A stretch of DNA of 63,025 bases, filler included, from Octopus bimaculoides (taxonomy: Eukaryota), in assembly GCF_001194135.2 (NCBI RefSeq). It is 4 parts of 4 records of this genome, joined end to end, with 100 filler letters (N's around TTAATTAATTAA, not from the genome) between each part and the next. Parts side by side here need not be neighbours in the genome. Positions count along the whole stretch, not along the records: positions 23,871 to 53,022 come from NC_068983.1; 3 more parts are not named here. One strand, given 5' to 3'. Positions 35,893-50,320 of the stretch are shown here, in pieces. Both the position numbers and the translations under genes were made by a program. Positions within the stretch are counted from its first letter, which is position 1. Each line of letters opens with the position of its first letter. The notes under the pieces were generated by a model that worked only from the letters and a program-made list of their open reading frames with translations, did no database searches and was not told the DNA's origin.

Positions 35893-37864
35893 GTGCTCTA
35901 AACAGTAGGGTATTATACCTCAACAACACAAACAAATTAAACAGATTCTACATAATCACTAGACCTAATAAAAAGCATCATTTAAATTTCCTTCAAACTA
36001 CACCCTACCATCTGAAAGAAGGTTACTTTCTTTTGTTTCTACATGTGTTTCTTTGCCTCTTCAATTCTTTTCATCATCTTTGTTCTTTTCCTAAGTGAGT
36101 TAGGGTCTGTTAGATCTTCTTACATACTTTCTTCCCTGTTGATGTTTCCCACTCACGAATTTTATAATCTTGTTTCCATGGTGTTAGATACTCTGACATT
36201 TCTATTTTATTACAGTCTACCTAATTCATCCTATCAGTTTCATTTCGAAAACTATTCCAAATTTAAGAATACAAATATTTCCTAATTCAAATACAGCATG
36301 GAAGGTGCAATTTAGCTATTCAAAATCACTCAGAAACTGTTAACTTTGCTTAATTATTCATTACTAGGTATCAATATTTTCACTGCAAGTGTATCTGTGT
36401 CAGTGACCAGGTCACAGAGAGTGTGGAGAAAATTTTAACTCTAAGTAATAAATAATTAAGTGAAATTAACAGTTTGTGTGCCTTGAATGGCTAAACTGAG
36501 TCTTCCATGCTGTAATTGCTTTAATTTCAACACCTTGTCTCAGATCAAATCACTTGCCAGACAATTACAACTCTGATATTTGTTAACTTTCACCCACAAA
36601 GTAACATCTATTGACAAGATCTATTTTTCATGACAGTCACCGCCTCTCATAACAGCTTCCACCTCTTATGACAGTCTCCACATTTTGAGGAAGCAACAGA
36701 GTCTTTATGTGATCACTAACTCTGTTAGAAATAGCAACTAAATTTTCCTAAAATCTCATCCTGTTACATTGAAAAATAAAGTCATGCTGAATAATGAATT
36801 TTGGATTCTCTGTACACAGGAAAAATGACAAAAGGTTTATGGTAGAAATGCTTTTGAACATAGATCTTCTCAATCAGGACTGACCCAGGGCTAAACAGTT
36901 ACAAATACAACTTCCATCTCCTGATGATAACTTCAGCTCCTATGTTCTACACACAACACTCTCACAACAACCTCCATGTTCCTTCTCTACCAACAATCTC
37001 TTCAGCCCTGTGTTACACAAAAAGAATAAATGGTGACATAGACTCTGCTAACCACATGATAAGATGCACCATATGATAAAGTGGTCAGAGATGGTAGAGG
37101 AAAAAAACAGTTTGCAAAAATTAAAAAAATAACACTACAGTAACAAAGCCAGCTGGATATCTAAGATGTCGTCTGTGACAGAAGATTAATACCTACTGAC
37201 TGATGAGACTTTATTAAACTTGTCTAAACTGCATCAGCATGCAAAAATGGATGTTAAGTGATCATTCTGATGGTGATGCTGTTATTGATGATGATGATGA
37301 TGATACTGTAGTTGTGGCAGTGTTGACAGTGGCAGCAGTGGTGGCAGTGGCGATGATGATAATGATGAGGATATTTAGAACATCTAAAGAGAGTGAGCTT
37401 AAATTTATGGACTACAGAACGTATAACCACCCGTTCAAAATTTACTTTAGCAATTGTCATATAACCTTGGGCAAGGAAACTTAATTTTCTACTTGTCTGA
37501 CTAACAACTGGTTCTACAATTACTTTATAATTGAATAATTAAGAACAGGCGGGGGCATCAAGTTACAGAACTGAATGCTTCATTAAAATTCAAGCTAGAA
37601 TAGAAAAATAAAAACTGATAAATTATGTGTTCTGTTAAGACATTTAAGAAATGGTAAATGTTCAGTTTAGGCTCAGATTAAACTTGATTGAGAGTGACTT
37701 ATCAAAAATATTGCAACCATGAACATCCCACTTTTTGTGTGTATCTAGAGTGGTTTTGTTTAGAAACTTCTTCATTGTTTATGACAGTAAGGTATAGTTT
37801 GAGAGAATTATGTTAGATTTGCTTTGCTTTGGTTGGCTTGTGTAGCTTCATTAATTATGATACA

Positions 37865-38025
37865 TAGATGGAGGCATGGCTGTGTGTGATAAGAAGTTTG
37901 CTTCCTAACCACATGATTCTGGGTTCAGTCTCACTGCATGGTGGCATCTTGGGGCAAGTGTCTTCTACAATAACCTTAGGCCAACCAAAACCTTCTGAGT
38001 GGATTTGGTAGACAGAAGTCAAGCC

Positions 38026-38030
<5 letters not shown>
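37865..38030 (+). mobile_element. SINE family C, followed by (TA)n and a further SINE at 38160-38370
   Basis: ggaggcatggctgtgtgtgataagaagtttgcttcctaaccac...ccttgggcaagtgtcttctac. Confidence 0.8.
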
Positions 38031-38103
<73 letters not shown>

Positions 38104-39119
38104 ATACACTCACAAACACACATATATCAATACATGTGTGTATGTGTGTGTGTCTTTGTGTCTGTGCTTGTCCCCAACTGCTACTTGACAACCGGTTTTG
38201 GTGAGTTTATGTTTATGTCCTTGTAACTTAACGGTTTGACAAAAGAAACCAATAGTCTAAGTACCAAGCTTAAAAATCTAAGTATTGGGGTCGATTCATT
38301 TGACTAAAATTCTGCAAGGCAGTGTCCCAACATGGCTGCAGTCCAATGACTGAAACAAGTAAAAGATAAATGGAAGATATTTTGGAATATTTTCCTGTTT
38401 ATTTTTACTATTAGAAATAGTTCTATTCTATTCTAACAAACTCTGTAACTTAGTATAATGATGATAAATTGAGATAATTTCTCCAGAGTAAAGATTAAAA
38501 AATAGATATATTCTGATTTTCAAGACATCTTATACAATGGACTACATATATAAGTTTGACAGTAATGTAAGATTTGGTTGCGTGAGTTTTAAAGTTTTTA
38601 ACATATGATTTAATCTAATACAAATCACATTCTCTCTCTCATCAATAAAATACAAAGACTGGATTAGTTGTGTGCCACAAGAAAGAAAGAATTCTAAAAT
38701 AATAAAAAAGAAACAAAGAAATTTGTAGAAAGTTGTTGGAGAAGTCAGTTGGAGAAGATGAACAGGCAGTGGAAATGACAGAAGGAGACAAGAGAGAACA
38801 ATGAGAAAGAGAATATGAAAAAAGAATAAGTTAAAAAATAAATATGTATGTATGTATATATCTTTCTCTAAACCTCTCAGTCTGTCTAGTTACATACATA
38901 TGTACATAGCATGCATGCATACATACATACATACATCAACATGGCATTGAATATGGACACGTTGGCATACAGAGCTGTTCATTCCCCTTGATAATGAAAA
39001 GTATCTCCTATAATTTTTGCTATCAATGCAAGCCTGGTAAAAGATTTGGTGTAAATGCAAAGAAACAACCTTTTTTGAAAAGATCATGGCAGTGATCAAT
39101 CAGTGAAATACAAACCACA

Positions 39120-39470
39120 TGGAAAATTTACTATACCTACACCATGACAATGAAAGAACCTGGAGTCAGCTATTGCAGATCTGTCAAGAAAAATTCCAGT
39201 GGACTTTTGAACTGAACCATTCCAAAAGTTCTCCATCTGAAATTCTTATGTGGAAAGGTGCCCACACTTAAGTGTATGCATAATGCACCAACTCAACCAC
39301 AGATTTACAAATACTGGGATCTCTCTTAGCTCAGAAAGTCTTGTCGCTTTGTTAGCAGCCGATTTGAACCGTCTCTAGAAAAACTCAAAGAAAAATCAAA
39401 CATACATACCTACATCTTAGGACCGTAAAAATTCAGTAAGAACTGAACAAGGTAAATTTTGGTTCAAATT
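39120..39470 (+). mobile_element. Possible RTE-clade LINE fragment
   Basis: YLGS-like motif in an otherwise stop-ridden sequence. Confidence 0.3.
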
Positions 39471-40099
39471 AAGAGTAATTCACAAAAGGTCTGAGCAAAG
39501 TATTGACAAATGTTTATAAATATTTCAGGGCTATGACAAAACTTCTAAAAGAAATTTACTGCATGGAATGATGAATGCACCATTTTAACCAAAATAGGAA
39601 TGTACTTTGTGCCTCTCTGCCTCTGTCAGTCTTTCAGACAGCATGCTTGTCACTCACTCTCTTGCTCTCTATCTGTGTGTGTGTGTGTGTGTTACTGTGT
39701 GTATATGTATGCAAGTACATGTGTATGTGTGAGTTTGTGTATGTATGTGTAAATGCTCGTGTGTGTTTGTATGTGTATGTAAGTGCATGTATGTGTGTGT
39801 GTGCGCACAGACATGCTTCTCCCTATCAAATGCTAGAGAGAAGGTATGTCTAAGTTCCAGATCAAACTAGTAACAATGTGGTTGTTGGAATTATCTTCTT
39901 AACCACAGAAACTTTGGTAACCACACTGGTATTGAGTCAATCTCAGAGCATGGCATTCTGTTGGGGAATGCGGCCAAGGAAATCCTGCCTACACATATAC
40001 AAACATGCATACAAAAGAAGGCAAAGGTTTTTTTAAACTGACAGAGGTCATTCAGATATCACATGTTGGTAAAGTAACTATTCCTTCGTATAAAGGTAC

Positions 40100-41090
40100 A
40101 ACACAACATAGTCTCCATCACAAGTGATGCATGTGTGCCATTTGTGCCATCATTGAGCTCAATCTTCAAATCCACTTTGAAAGAATTTAGGCCTTCACTG
40201 TTGTACCCATTCCATCACAACCATTTCCATTTCATCTGTGTCATGAAATAATTGTCCTTGAAGACTGTCATTTATTGAACCAAAGAGGTTGAAGTTTAAG
40301 CGATTGCTTGATTTGTAGCCAAAGATGTGTGTGGCCTTGCTTTGTCATGGTGTATACAGACCATTTTCAGATTCTTGTTCAGACTCTTCTTCCTAATGGA
40401 TTCTTAAAGTGCTTGGAGTTTCAAAGTGCCATTTGCTCTTCATAGTATAGTCACATTCAAAAAAAAATCAAGAAGACTGACACACTTGTCATTCCAAAAA
40501 GCAGTTATCTTGACTTTCTGTGCTAGCTGTTGGCTCTTGAACTTCTTGGGCCTTGGAGAAGAGGTATAGCCTTCTACCATGGACCGAGCTTTCATTTCCA
40601 GAGCATAGATATCACCATTTTTCATATCTTATCCTCAAATCACAAGAGAATTGTATAATCGATGACTTCAAACAGTTTCAAGGGATCATATCAAACTTCT
40701 ACCCCTTTCTTCTTCACAACTGTTGAAGAACCGACTCACTACACACTTTCCAACACCCAAAGTTTTCAGCTACCTTCTGTAGTGCGTTGTGACTACTATC
40801 CAATTATACAGCAGACTCATGAATCGTAACTCATCTGTTTATGTGAATCAATTTGTCCATTCATTTCGAGATTTGTGTCAGTGGTTTCAGATGATGGTCT
40901 CCTACTTTGTTGTTTTACTTCAATTCTGGTTGGCTTTACTTTCACCTTCTTCATCCATATGTGCACATTGCTTTTGTCGATGATGCTATTTCTGAAAACT
41001 GTTTGTATCCTTCTGTGAATGTTAGATAGCCTGCATCCTCCTTTGCCACAAACTCAATGAGCTTGTATTATTTATTTGTCTGCAATGAAG
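40100..41090 (-). mobile_element. Mariner transposase relic
   Basis: N-terminal LIEFVAKE..; ...RSMVEGYTSSPRPKKFKSQ..AQKVKITAFWN..; QDN motif region. Confidence 0.8.
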
Positions 41091-42899
41091 AAGAGCAATA
41101 TGAAAAATTGCTATAGAAGAAACATGCAATGTGAATCCCCTATGTCAGTTAATAAAAGTTTTTTGTCCATTCCTATTCCATTTTTTGTCTTGCCTTCAGT
41201 AAATCCACGTATATTTGATAATTGGGGGATCTTTGAGTTAGTACTCACTTATTTCAGTATATCACTCTCATATCATGAGCTAGCAAGCAGGAAATAATTC
41301 AAGAAGACTTTCAAATTATATGCAATGGAAACAAGATGAATGATTGATTGAGAATTGATATGCGGTTCCTCAATATAGAAATCAGTTTTCAGACACCTCT
41401 AACCCTATTATATAATAGGTACTTCTATGTGTTCTGTTAAAAATAGATTTTTATTTCTCTTCAAAACAGGAATGACATTTGTGAATTAATAGGAAACACC
41501 ATTAGACTCAAAATATAGGCTTTCACAGTAATAAACAGTAACAAAAAGCAACGCAAAGCACACAAATATGATATGCACTGCAACATCAAAAACCTTCTCA
41601 CTGGCAACATGGTCTCAACTACAGAATTTTAACCCTCTTTGAAACATTGTTCTTATGTGGGAACTTCAATTGACTTAGTGCTTCTACTTTTTCAAGTAGG
41701 TGGCAAAAGAGTTAAAATAATGTTATCACAACTGAACTCCTTTTCTATCCCCAAATCCCAAACATTTGACACCAACACACACAGAGTTCTGTATATCAAC
41801 TACAACAACTCTTTCCCAGATATTAACTTCTGTTCAAGATATCTAGGAATCACATCTGCTTCATATTAATTCCCTAACTTTCCTTAGGTCTTCTACCAAT
41901 TATCATCACAATGCATTCACACATCATTGAAGAAAGGAAAGCTACTTTTAAAAATTTTGAAAAAACATAGCTGAACCTGATCCACCAACAAATAGAATCA
42001 TGGTTATTCAAAACTAACAACACCTGACTCTCTGGGATAAACACTGCAACATATATATTTAGGAAAATAAGTATAGATGCCTCTAAAAACATATCCCTCA
42101 AGGCCAAGAAATATATACAATCTCAATTAGATATCAGAAATAGCAAAGCATATAAAATCTAAAAACAGAAATCAAACACAAATCACCAAGACCTCATGCA
42201 ACTGAAATAAATTTGGCATCAAGCGATCAAACAAGAAAATAACAACAAAAATAACAGCAACAATAAACTATGGGAAAACAGAAAAACTGACAATCATGTG
42301 TATTCATTATGAACCACAAAACTAAAAGCAAGAAAGTAGAGTGATTAGCATCAACAACAGCAATAATAACCTAAATAATATATGCATGCAGCAACACCGA
42401 ACAAAATGAATTATGGGTTTACAACATGAAGTCATACATCTCTGTTTCATATTCTCTTTAACTAATAGTCTAACCCAAACTTATATTTTCTCAGAAGTTG
42501 TTAATTGCTTCTTTATTGAATTTCATAACTTCATTGTTACTTTAATTAAGTTCATACAATTGCCTAAGAAATGGTAGCAAGTTATTCACATTCTAAAAAT
42601 CAATAAGATATCAGCTCTGAATATTTATCAGTAATGACTGAGGATAAGTAAAAAGAAAATTCACATCCTCCGTTTGTTGTACATATATCCTTTCTTTAAA
42701 AGGGACTGCAAAGTGTTTCTTTCATCAACACTACATGTTTTATTAATTTAGTCTTTGAAAATTTACACTTTTCGTTTTTTGTTCATTTGTTAAATAATAC
42801 ATCTGGTGAATATGTTAAGCTGTTATAATTGTAACATTCATTTATGACTACTATCAATAAATATTACACATTCAAATGAAGTATTATCATAAAACACAT

Positions 42900-43520
42900 T
42901 ACTTTCTTACATTATGTTATTTCTTTGTATTTTCCTTCTAAATCATGCGACAAAATACTGTGGACACTCTTTTAAGACTGGATTCTATAGATATTTTCAA
43001 CTTTCATTTGGTTCCATAGAATAGTTTATATCAGTACATAATGTTTGTAAAAGATTAACTACTCATGGGAACTCAAAGCAGATGATACAAGAGGGATACA
43101 TCCTCATCTTGTATTATTGAATAAAAACTTGTTGAGTAAACATCGATTATCAAGATTCTTTATCAGTTTCTGATATTAGAGATTCTTTGTGAATAGCCAC
43201 TTTAACCAAGGTTTTCCATATAGTTTGAATGTGTGAACGGGAAACTTGTTATTTCGTAATACCATTTTCTTACAATTTGTTCATTCTATCCCTTGTTCAG
43301 TATCTTGAACAGATAATCAATTGTTAAATGTGCTTAATGGATAATCCATACTTTAATACTTTATGTACAACATTAGTTATATTTTGGTTGGCACACATTA
43401 TTCTTTGATATCAAACACAATTCTTTTGAATTGCTTTGTATTCAATACTTATAGTATTCTATATCACAAAAGTACAACACCAATTTAATGCTATTATTAA
43501 AAAGGTTATGTATAAAATGA
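42900..43520 (-). mobile_element. Probable very degraded PLE fragment
   Basis: Weak similarity to the PLE RT-thumb/linker region. Confidence 0.35.
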
Positions 43521-44302
43521 TTATGCCACAATCTCATAAGAAGCAGTCAATATCACCAACAGTTACCATTGGTTGTATCTTTCTTGTAGTAGTCTTTTGT
43601 CAAACATGATGGTATTGTTTATGAGCATTGTTTTCTACTTAATATTAACTATGTTGAGCTTCCAACAGAGTACTGGATGACCAGACAAAGAAGTAACATA
43701 TGCAGTGAACTCACAGTTAAATTGGCAAGCACTTGATATTGACATGCAGCTTCTTCTATTCCTGTCGTTGAAGGGATATAAAAGTTAGTCTAGTTGCGTA
43801 TGTCCTGTGTAATATCAGTATTGAACCCTTTGATTTAAGGTCTGAAAGCAGTTCTGTTTTTCAATGTATATTAAGATATAAAAATACACATAATATATAT
43901 TTGACTAATTGTCTTTAAAAATTTGAAAGCTTTCTGAGGAGCTACAAAATGGTCTATGAAGTTGTAGGTGTCTTTATGTTGTTGCACACTGAATTGTTAA
44001 AGAATCATTGAAGATGGTCTTCGCAGGATGACCCATAAAAGCATAAGAGAGACTGTTAGATTCTCCGCATCCAGATGTACATTTTAATGAAAGAGCATCA
44101 GAATGTGAAACACATGTTCGTTTTACATCTATACAATTGTGATTTGGATGTATGCATGACCTTGTGGTTAAAGTCCTCACTTTGTAATCTGCTCTTCTAA
44201 GTTCAAACCCATTGCATGCAACTTTGTCTAAGTGTCTGTCACAGTATCTTAAAATGTGCCAAACTTTTTAAGTAAAATTGAATAAAGAGAAACCCTGTAG
44301 AA

Positions 44303-44584
44303 CAGGGGTTTTCAAACTGTTTGACTTGTGGACCCCTTTATATTTCAGGCTTTACCTTAGGGACCCCCTTATAAATGCTTATGAAATTTATACATAAATA
44401 TTTGCTTAAAATAACATATATTTTTACATTTATTTATTTAACAGTATATAACAAATAGGTTTATTGTCAATCAAAAGATTTTGATTAAAAAACATATATA
44501 AAATCAAATTGCCCATAAAAAGTATTTGCTGTCTTGTCCTTGCGGACCCCCTGTGGTCTGCAGACCACAGTTTGAAAACCCCTG
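44303..44584. mobile_element. hAT (Charlie-like) MITE
   Basis: Perfect 18-bp TIR caggggttttcaaactgt; 8-bp TSD ctgtagaa / ttgtagaa. Confidence 0.9.
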
Positions 44585-44994
44585 TTGTAGAAGGTCATCC
44601 GATGAACTGTACCTGCTCTTGTATGGTATGTTTAATCTGTTGCCCACTTTGATACCCAAACAGGCAATGGGGATTCATTTGTTGTATTCCACTCTGTTGC
44701 AAGCATTTAGACCACATCACCAAATTAAGGACAACACGAGTTTTATTTATTTATTTATTTTTTCCATCACTCTCAAGGGCTCTGAGAAAGGTCATGAGTA
44801 TTGTTCTTTCCCTGGACTCTAATAAAAATGAGCAGCATCCTGCAGCACCTTATTAAACAAGGTCATTCAGTGTTATGGCCCTGGTTGTGTGACACGACAC
44901 AGCCTCATTAATTTTTGACAAATAGTTTAATACTTTATCGACTCAATTATTTCAAGCTTTCATCTGATAATAAACATGATTTAAATCTTATCGT

Positions 44995-45315
44995 CATCAT
45001 CATCATCGTTTAACGTCCATTTTCCATGCTAGCATGGGTTGGACGATTTGACTGAGAACTGGTGAAACCAGATGGCTGCACCAGGCTCCAATCTGATCTG
45101 GCAGAGTTTCTACAGCTGGATGCCCTTCCTAATGCCAACCACTCCGAGAGTGTAATGGGTGCTTTTATGTGCCACCGGCACAAAGGCCAGTCAGGCGGTA
45201 CTGGCAACGGCCACGCTCAAAATGGTGTATTTTACGTGCCACCTGCACAGGAGCCAGTTCGGCAGCACTGGCAATGATCTCGCTCGAATGTCTTTACATG
45301 TGCCATCTGGCACAA
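44995..45315 (-). mobile_element. SINE family B
   Basis: (cat)n tail plus hairpin modules in reverse orientation. Confidence 0.9.
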
Positions 45316-45893
45316 GTAAATTTCTTTTTAAATCAATAATGCCTATTAATACATTTGGTGAAATTTTATTCACTATCTAAAAAAAGAAATTCTTACAAAG
45401 GTCTATTCATATTTAGGCATGTATAAATTACAAGAACAAAGAAGACTTTTCATGTTTTGTATACATCTTCGAAAGCACAAGATGAAAATCCAGCAATGTG
45501 TGTAATAAAAAAAGATCTTGCATAACTTTAAATAATGATAGATAAGAAAATCTATGAGTGTACAAATATTTGTGTGAGTGACTGTGTGTTTATATGTCTA
45601 TTTGTATACATACATGCATCAATAATTCTCGGTATATCTTTTTCTTGGAACAAAGGATTCTATCCATGACTGCAAAGCCATATTAGTAATGCAGTCTGAT
45701 ATATAAGAAAATAAATACAAAATACACTGGAAAACAAACATTGATATTGAAGTATCAATTTAACCTCAAACACGTGTGCTTCTGATATTTCTTATGCCTT
45801 CATTAGTGACGAAGAAAAATTCAGTTCATATAGCAGTCAAACAATTTAGCCACTACACACAAGCACGCACACATGCAGGCATGCACGCACACT

Positions 45894-45925
<32 letters not shown>

Positions 45926-46224
45926 CACAAAGGCAACATATATGTATATACTAGCACACAGTACTACAAATTTCACTGTATCTTGAGACAGGGCACTACG
46001 AAGACTAGATACCAGATCCTTTGGAAAAATTACCTATAACAAACGATTGTTATTGACAGTTATACTAGTTCTTTAGTCCAAAATGTCCATTGAAAAAGGT
46101 AATATTCACTTAAGTATATTTCCACATACTGCTTTACAAAAATAAAACATTTATATAAAAAAGCTGCATTATCATTTCAACATCAGTTGAATATGTAATG
46201 TATGCACCTGTTTTTATATATATA

Positions 46225-46270
<46 letters not shown>

Positions 46271-48969
46271 AGATTACTGGCAGGTAAATGTTGAAGTTAG
46301 TTTTTTCCTTATTTATGTAACATTTCCATTTCTTGTTACATTATTTTCTAACTTCAACCTCCTTATATTAAGTTACACTCTCACCTGAAAGTCTAGATAA
46401 CATTATAAAGTCGATGTAAAAATGAAGGCTACATATATTTTTAATGACATTTTACTTCATACAATGTTTTACATTTATCAAAAGCACAAATATTTTACTT
46501 TAATAGAATAAAAATGTAATTTAAAAGATTTTATAAATTCCAAACAAACTATAGGCAACCCCCACATTATTGCTACCTCAGGTTATAAGATTTCATGTTT
46601 ACTGAAATTGTAAAGTATGACCATTAATTTTGCGATACAGTCTGTAATTTCACTCTTAGAGAAACCTGTATAGCATAGTTTTAAATTGTAAACAATTTAA
46701 TACTACACTTTCTTCATAGCTCCATAGTCATTTGCATTTATCAAAGTATACAGTTAATGATTTAGAAAACTATCATTACTTCTGTAAAGTGAGGGTTTCC
46801 TGTACTTCCAAGCTTTCACAAGTATATGTCATAAGAAAGATTAGACATAAATGCATCATGTCTTTCCTTTCAAAAATGAAAAATAACTCTTATTCTGAAA
46901 TAATATCTCAATCCTTTTGAAAAAGAAAGAAAGAAAAACTGAACATTTATAGATTGCAATAAGAAATAACTAATATATTAAAATGTTCAATTGATGATGA
47001 TGATGATGGTGATGACGACGACGATGACGACTACGACGATGACAATGACAATGACAACAATGACTATAAGAGCAACAACATACATCACTTACAGCGACAA
47101 TAAAGACAACAACAAATATAATGATAACGGTACTGAAGTTCTTATTTTGGAGAAATGACAAATATGTTAAAGTGCTGGGTTCTAAGTTCAAATATTATCA
47201 GACTTGTCTTTTCACTTTCTTTCCCTCGAAGGTCCATAAGATTAGAACTACAAATATCTGGGCTTGGATTTGATAGAATTCATTCCTGATTTACAAATAT
47301 ATCCTTATATTATGAGAAACTTTTATTGCCAAAATAAGAATTGTTATATATTTTCTTACTCGTGAGAGTAAGTTATTTACTTAAAACAATATTATATACT
47401 CAAAACAATGTTAGTAATATGATAATTATTTTGTTCCAATATTGAATTTTCTTCTCTCTAGAGTCATGTTTGCATTTGTACTCAGCTGCATAGCTTGCTG
47501 TCTGCATACATGCATGTGCATAGATGAATAAATATATGTGCACTTACTTACGTAGTTTTGTATTGGTTATATATAATATTTATTATCATAACAATTTATT
47601 TTCATTTCTGTATTGTATAACTGCAAATGTTGACAGGGTTCATTTGGTTTCTCATAAATTCTGGGATTGATGAATTAAGTACCAGAAATATACAGAAAAG
47701 GATGCCATTATCTTAATTCAGCTCCTTTGAATAAATATGCCTTGTGGCTAAAACAAATTGCTACCTAGAACTTCATTAGTAGTGGTGAAAATGATGATGT
47801 CAATGATGACAATGATGGCAGCACTGGCGATGACAACAATGATGACTATGATGATGATGGTGGTTGCAGTGGCAATGATGGTAACAGCAGACTAATATGT
47901 TTTCTACATGACCTGAAAGCTCATTTCAAGTGTCTGTGAGTCTACATTATAATATAATTCAGTTTCATCCCTTATCTGTTCTTTACAAACCTAAGACATT
48001 ACCTATTGTTTAATGTCTCTGTATTGAGATGAAATAACTGTGGACATTTTCCTTGCTGGTCACAAAGGACTTCAGCAACTACATTTAGTTACTTCCAGAT
48101 CAAACATTATTACCCTATTGATTTAATCAACTGCAAGGTCACTTGCTTACTTTTATAATTATCTTAATTACATATTTCAGCAACAGTTAGATGAAACTAG
48201 AAATGTTGAAGTTAAGCATTAATAAGGCTTATATTTTAAATAGAAACCAATTAGAGAAAAGCATTCAAATACCAGCAAAAAGCTACATAGCAAACTAACA
48301 GTATTAAACTACAACAAGGGATACTTATTATTATGTCTATAACTATAATAATCACCTCAATGTAATTATATTGTGTATCCTCACATACTGGAAGTTAAAG
48401 TAAAATTCTCATAATTTGTTTTAAAGTCTATTATCAAATTCAAAGGCAAGTTGAAAGTAACTTAAGAAGAAAAATAATTACTGATCATCACCTACTGTAG
48501 TTTGTGAGTCAATATCAAGGTACTACCAAGATATAGCATAGTCTGTCATAGACATATGATTTATATAGAAGAAAAAACAACAGTAAATAAAAATAGTATG
48601 AAAACAAAAAAAAAAAAAAAANNNNNNNNNNAAAAAAAAAAAAAAAAAAAAAGACCGTTGCTGCTACTTTGTTTCCTTGATATGAAAACAAAATATTACA
48701 TGAAGATCTTTCATCTAATATTAAAACCAACATCTGAAAATCATAAATGCCATGTAAGAAGAAATTGCAGTAAAGATCAGAGATATGACTGCTGTAAGTA
48801 AGTCAAAATTTGTTGATCAAAAATTGAAAAAAAGCACACTTATTTTGTAATCATATCCAAAGCAAAATCTAAAATTACCTACATGTAAATGGAGTGTATG
48901 TATATCATTGTGCATATTTGATTGAATGTGTGTATATAGGTATACCAACTTATAAGACAGGCTGAAACA

Positions 48970-49350
48970 TTCTTAGGCTATGAAGGAGTGATGCTAAAGT
49001 TGTGAAATCTTGCATGCATTAATTTCAACTCTTATTAATAAGGGCATTGTTTCTTTATAAGTAAACGGACCCCTGATTGCTAAAAAAGACTTCAAAAAGA
49101 ACTAGTAGCAACTTCTCTTGAAAATTGACAAAATTTGGCATCATGCTGTTATCAAGTACCTTCAGAAAAAGGGTTTGGCCACCAAGGACATTAATGCCTA
49201 CATGTTTGCTACATTAGGAGATGATGGTCCAGCTTTATCAACTGTACAAAGTGGCCAGTTGAATTTAGGAGGAAAGGGAGAGTCTTGGAGATGAACCAAA
49301 GTATGGACATCCTGTAACTGCCACCACTTAGAAGAGTATTGATTGTGTCT
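48970..49350 (+). mobile_element. Mariner 5' fragment (HTH region)
   Basis: KIWHHAVIKYLQKKGL.TKDI...TLGDDGPALSTV..W..EFRR...DEPKYGHPVTATT. Confidence 0.75.
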
Positions 49351-50099
49351 GAAAACTGTGAATTTGGGATTAAAATAAGCCAACCTACACCTCCCTACAA
49401 GAAACAGAAACTCATAGTAATTTCTCCATAAAATGTTTAATATATGATGTGTAGAATATCATAAACCAAAGAGGAGTCTTTACATGGTTGTTTGAAATAG
49501 CAACTAAATCTTTCTCACATCACACACTGCCATCTTAAAAAGGCCCAAAGAATATGTTGAATATGTGCTTCAGATACACTGGACTGGAATAAAAGAACAC
49601 TGGTTAGTTGTGGATGAATCATACCAGTTCTGATCTGATCAACAAGACCATTGATCAAAAATCTGTGCAATGAGAACAGAACTGTGTTTAAACAACAACA
49701 GCACAAAGAGAAGTATTTCATTTTATGCTTAATTATTTATTAATCTTATTAAATGTTGTAGGATAGAATAACATTCTTAATCAAGGCACAGAAAATAACT
49801 TTCAATGTCACATAGGAATTCTTTTTTTTTTATTATTTTATATCCCTCAATTGCATTTAGAACATAAATATTATTGAACATCTATCAATGTGTTCATGAA
49901 ATATACTTTAAATTGGAATATGAACAAATGGAAAAATTCTAGAAATTCTATCCGATAAAATCAGAAAATATATTTATTTGTTGATTCATTTCATGCAATC
50001 TCATCAGAGCACTATTTTCAACCAATAAATATTAAAAGAAGAAAGAAAAAAAGAAGAAAATATGTTTCATATTTAAAAACAAATAAATAAACCTTGATA

Positions 50100-50128
50100 A
50101 TAATAATTACAATGACGACAACGACGAC

Positions 50129-50165
<37 letters not shown>

Positions 50166-50183
50166 ATGATGATTATGATGACA

Positions 50184-50217
<34 letters not shown>

Positions 50218-50255
50218 TAATAACAATAATAATAATGATAATAATAATGATGATG

Positions 50256-50301
<46 letters not shown>

Positions 50302-50320
50302 TGATGATGATAATGATAAT
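50100..50320. repeat. Compound (GAT)n/(AAT)n microsatellite
   Basis: Direct; source of the poly-Y/H and poly-I/M ORFs. Confidence 0.95.
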
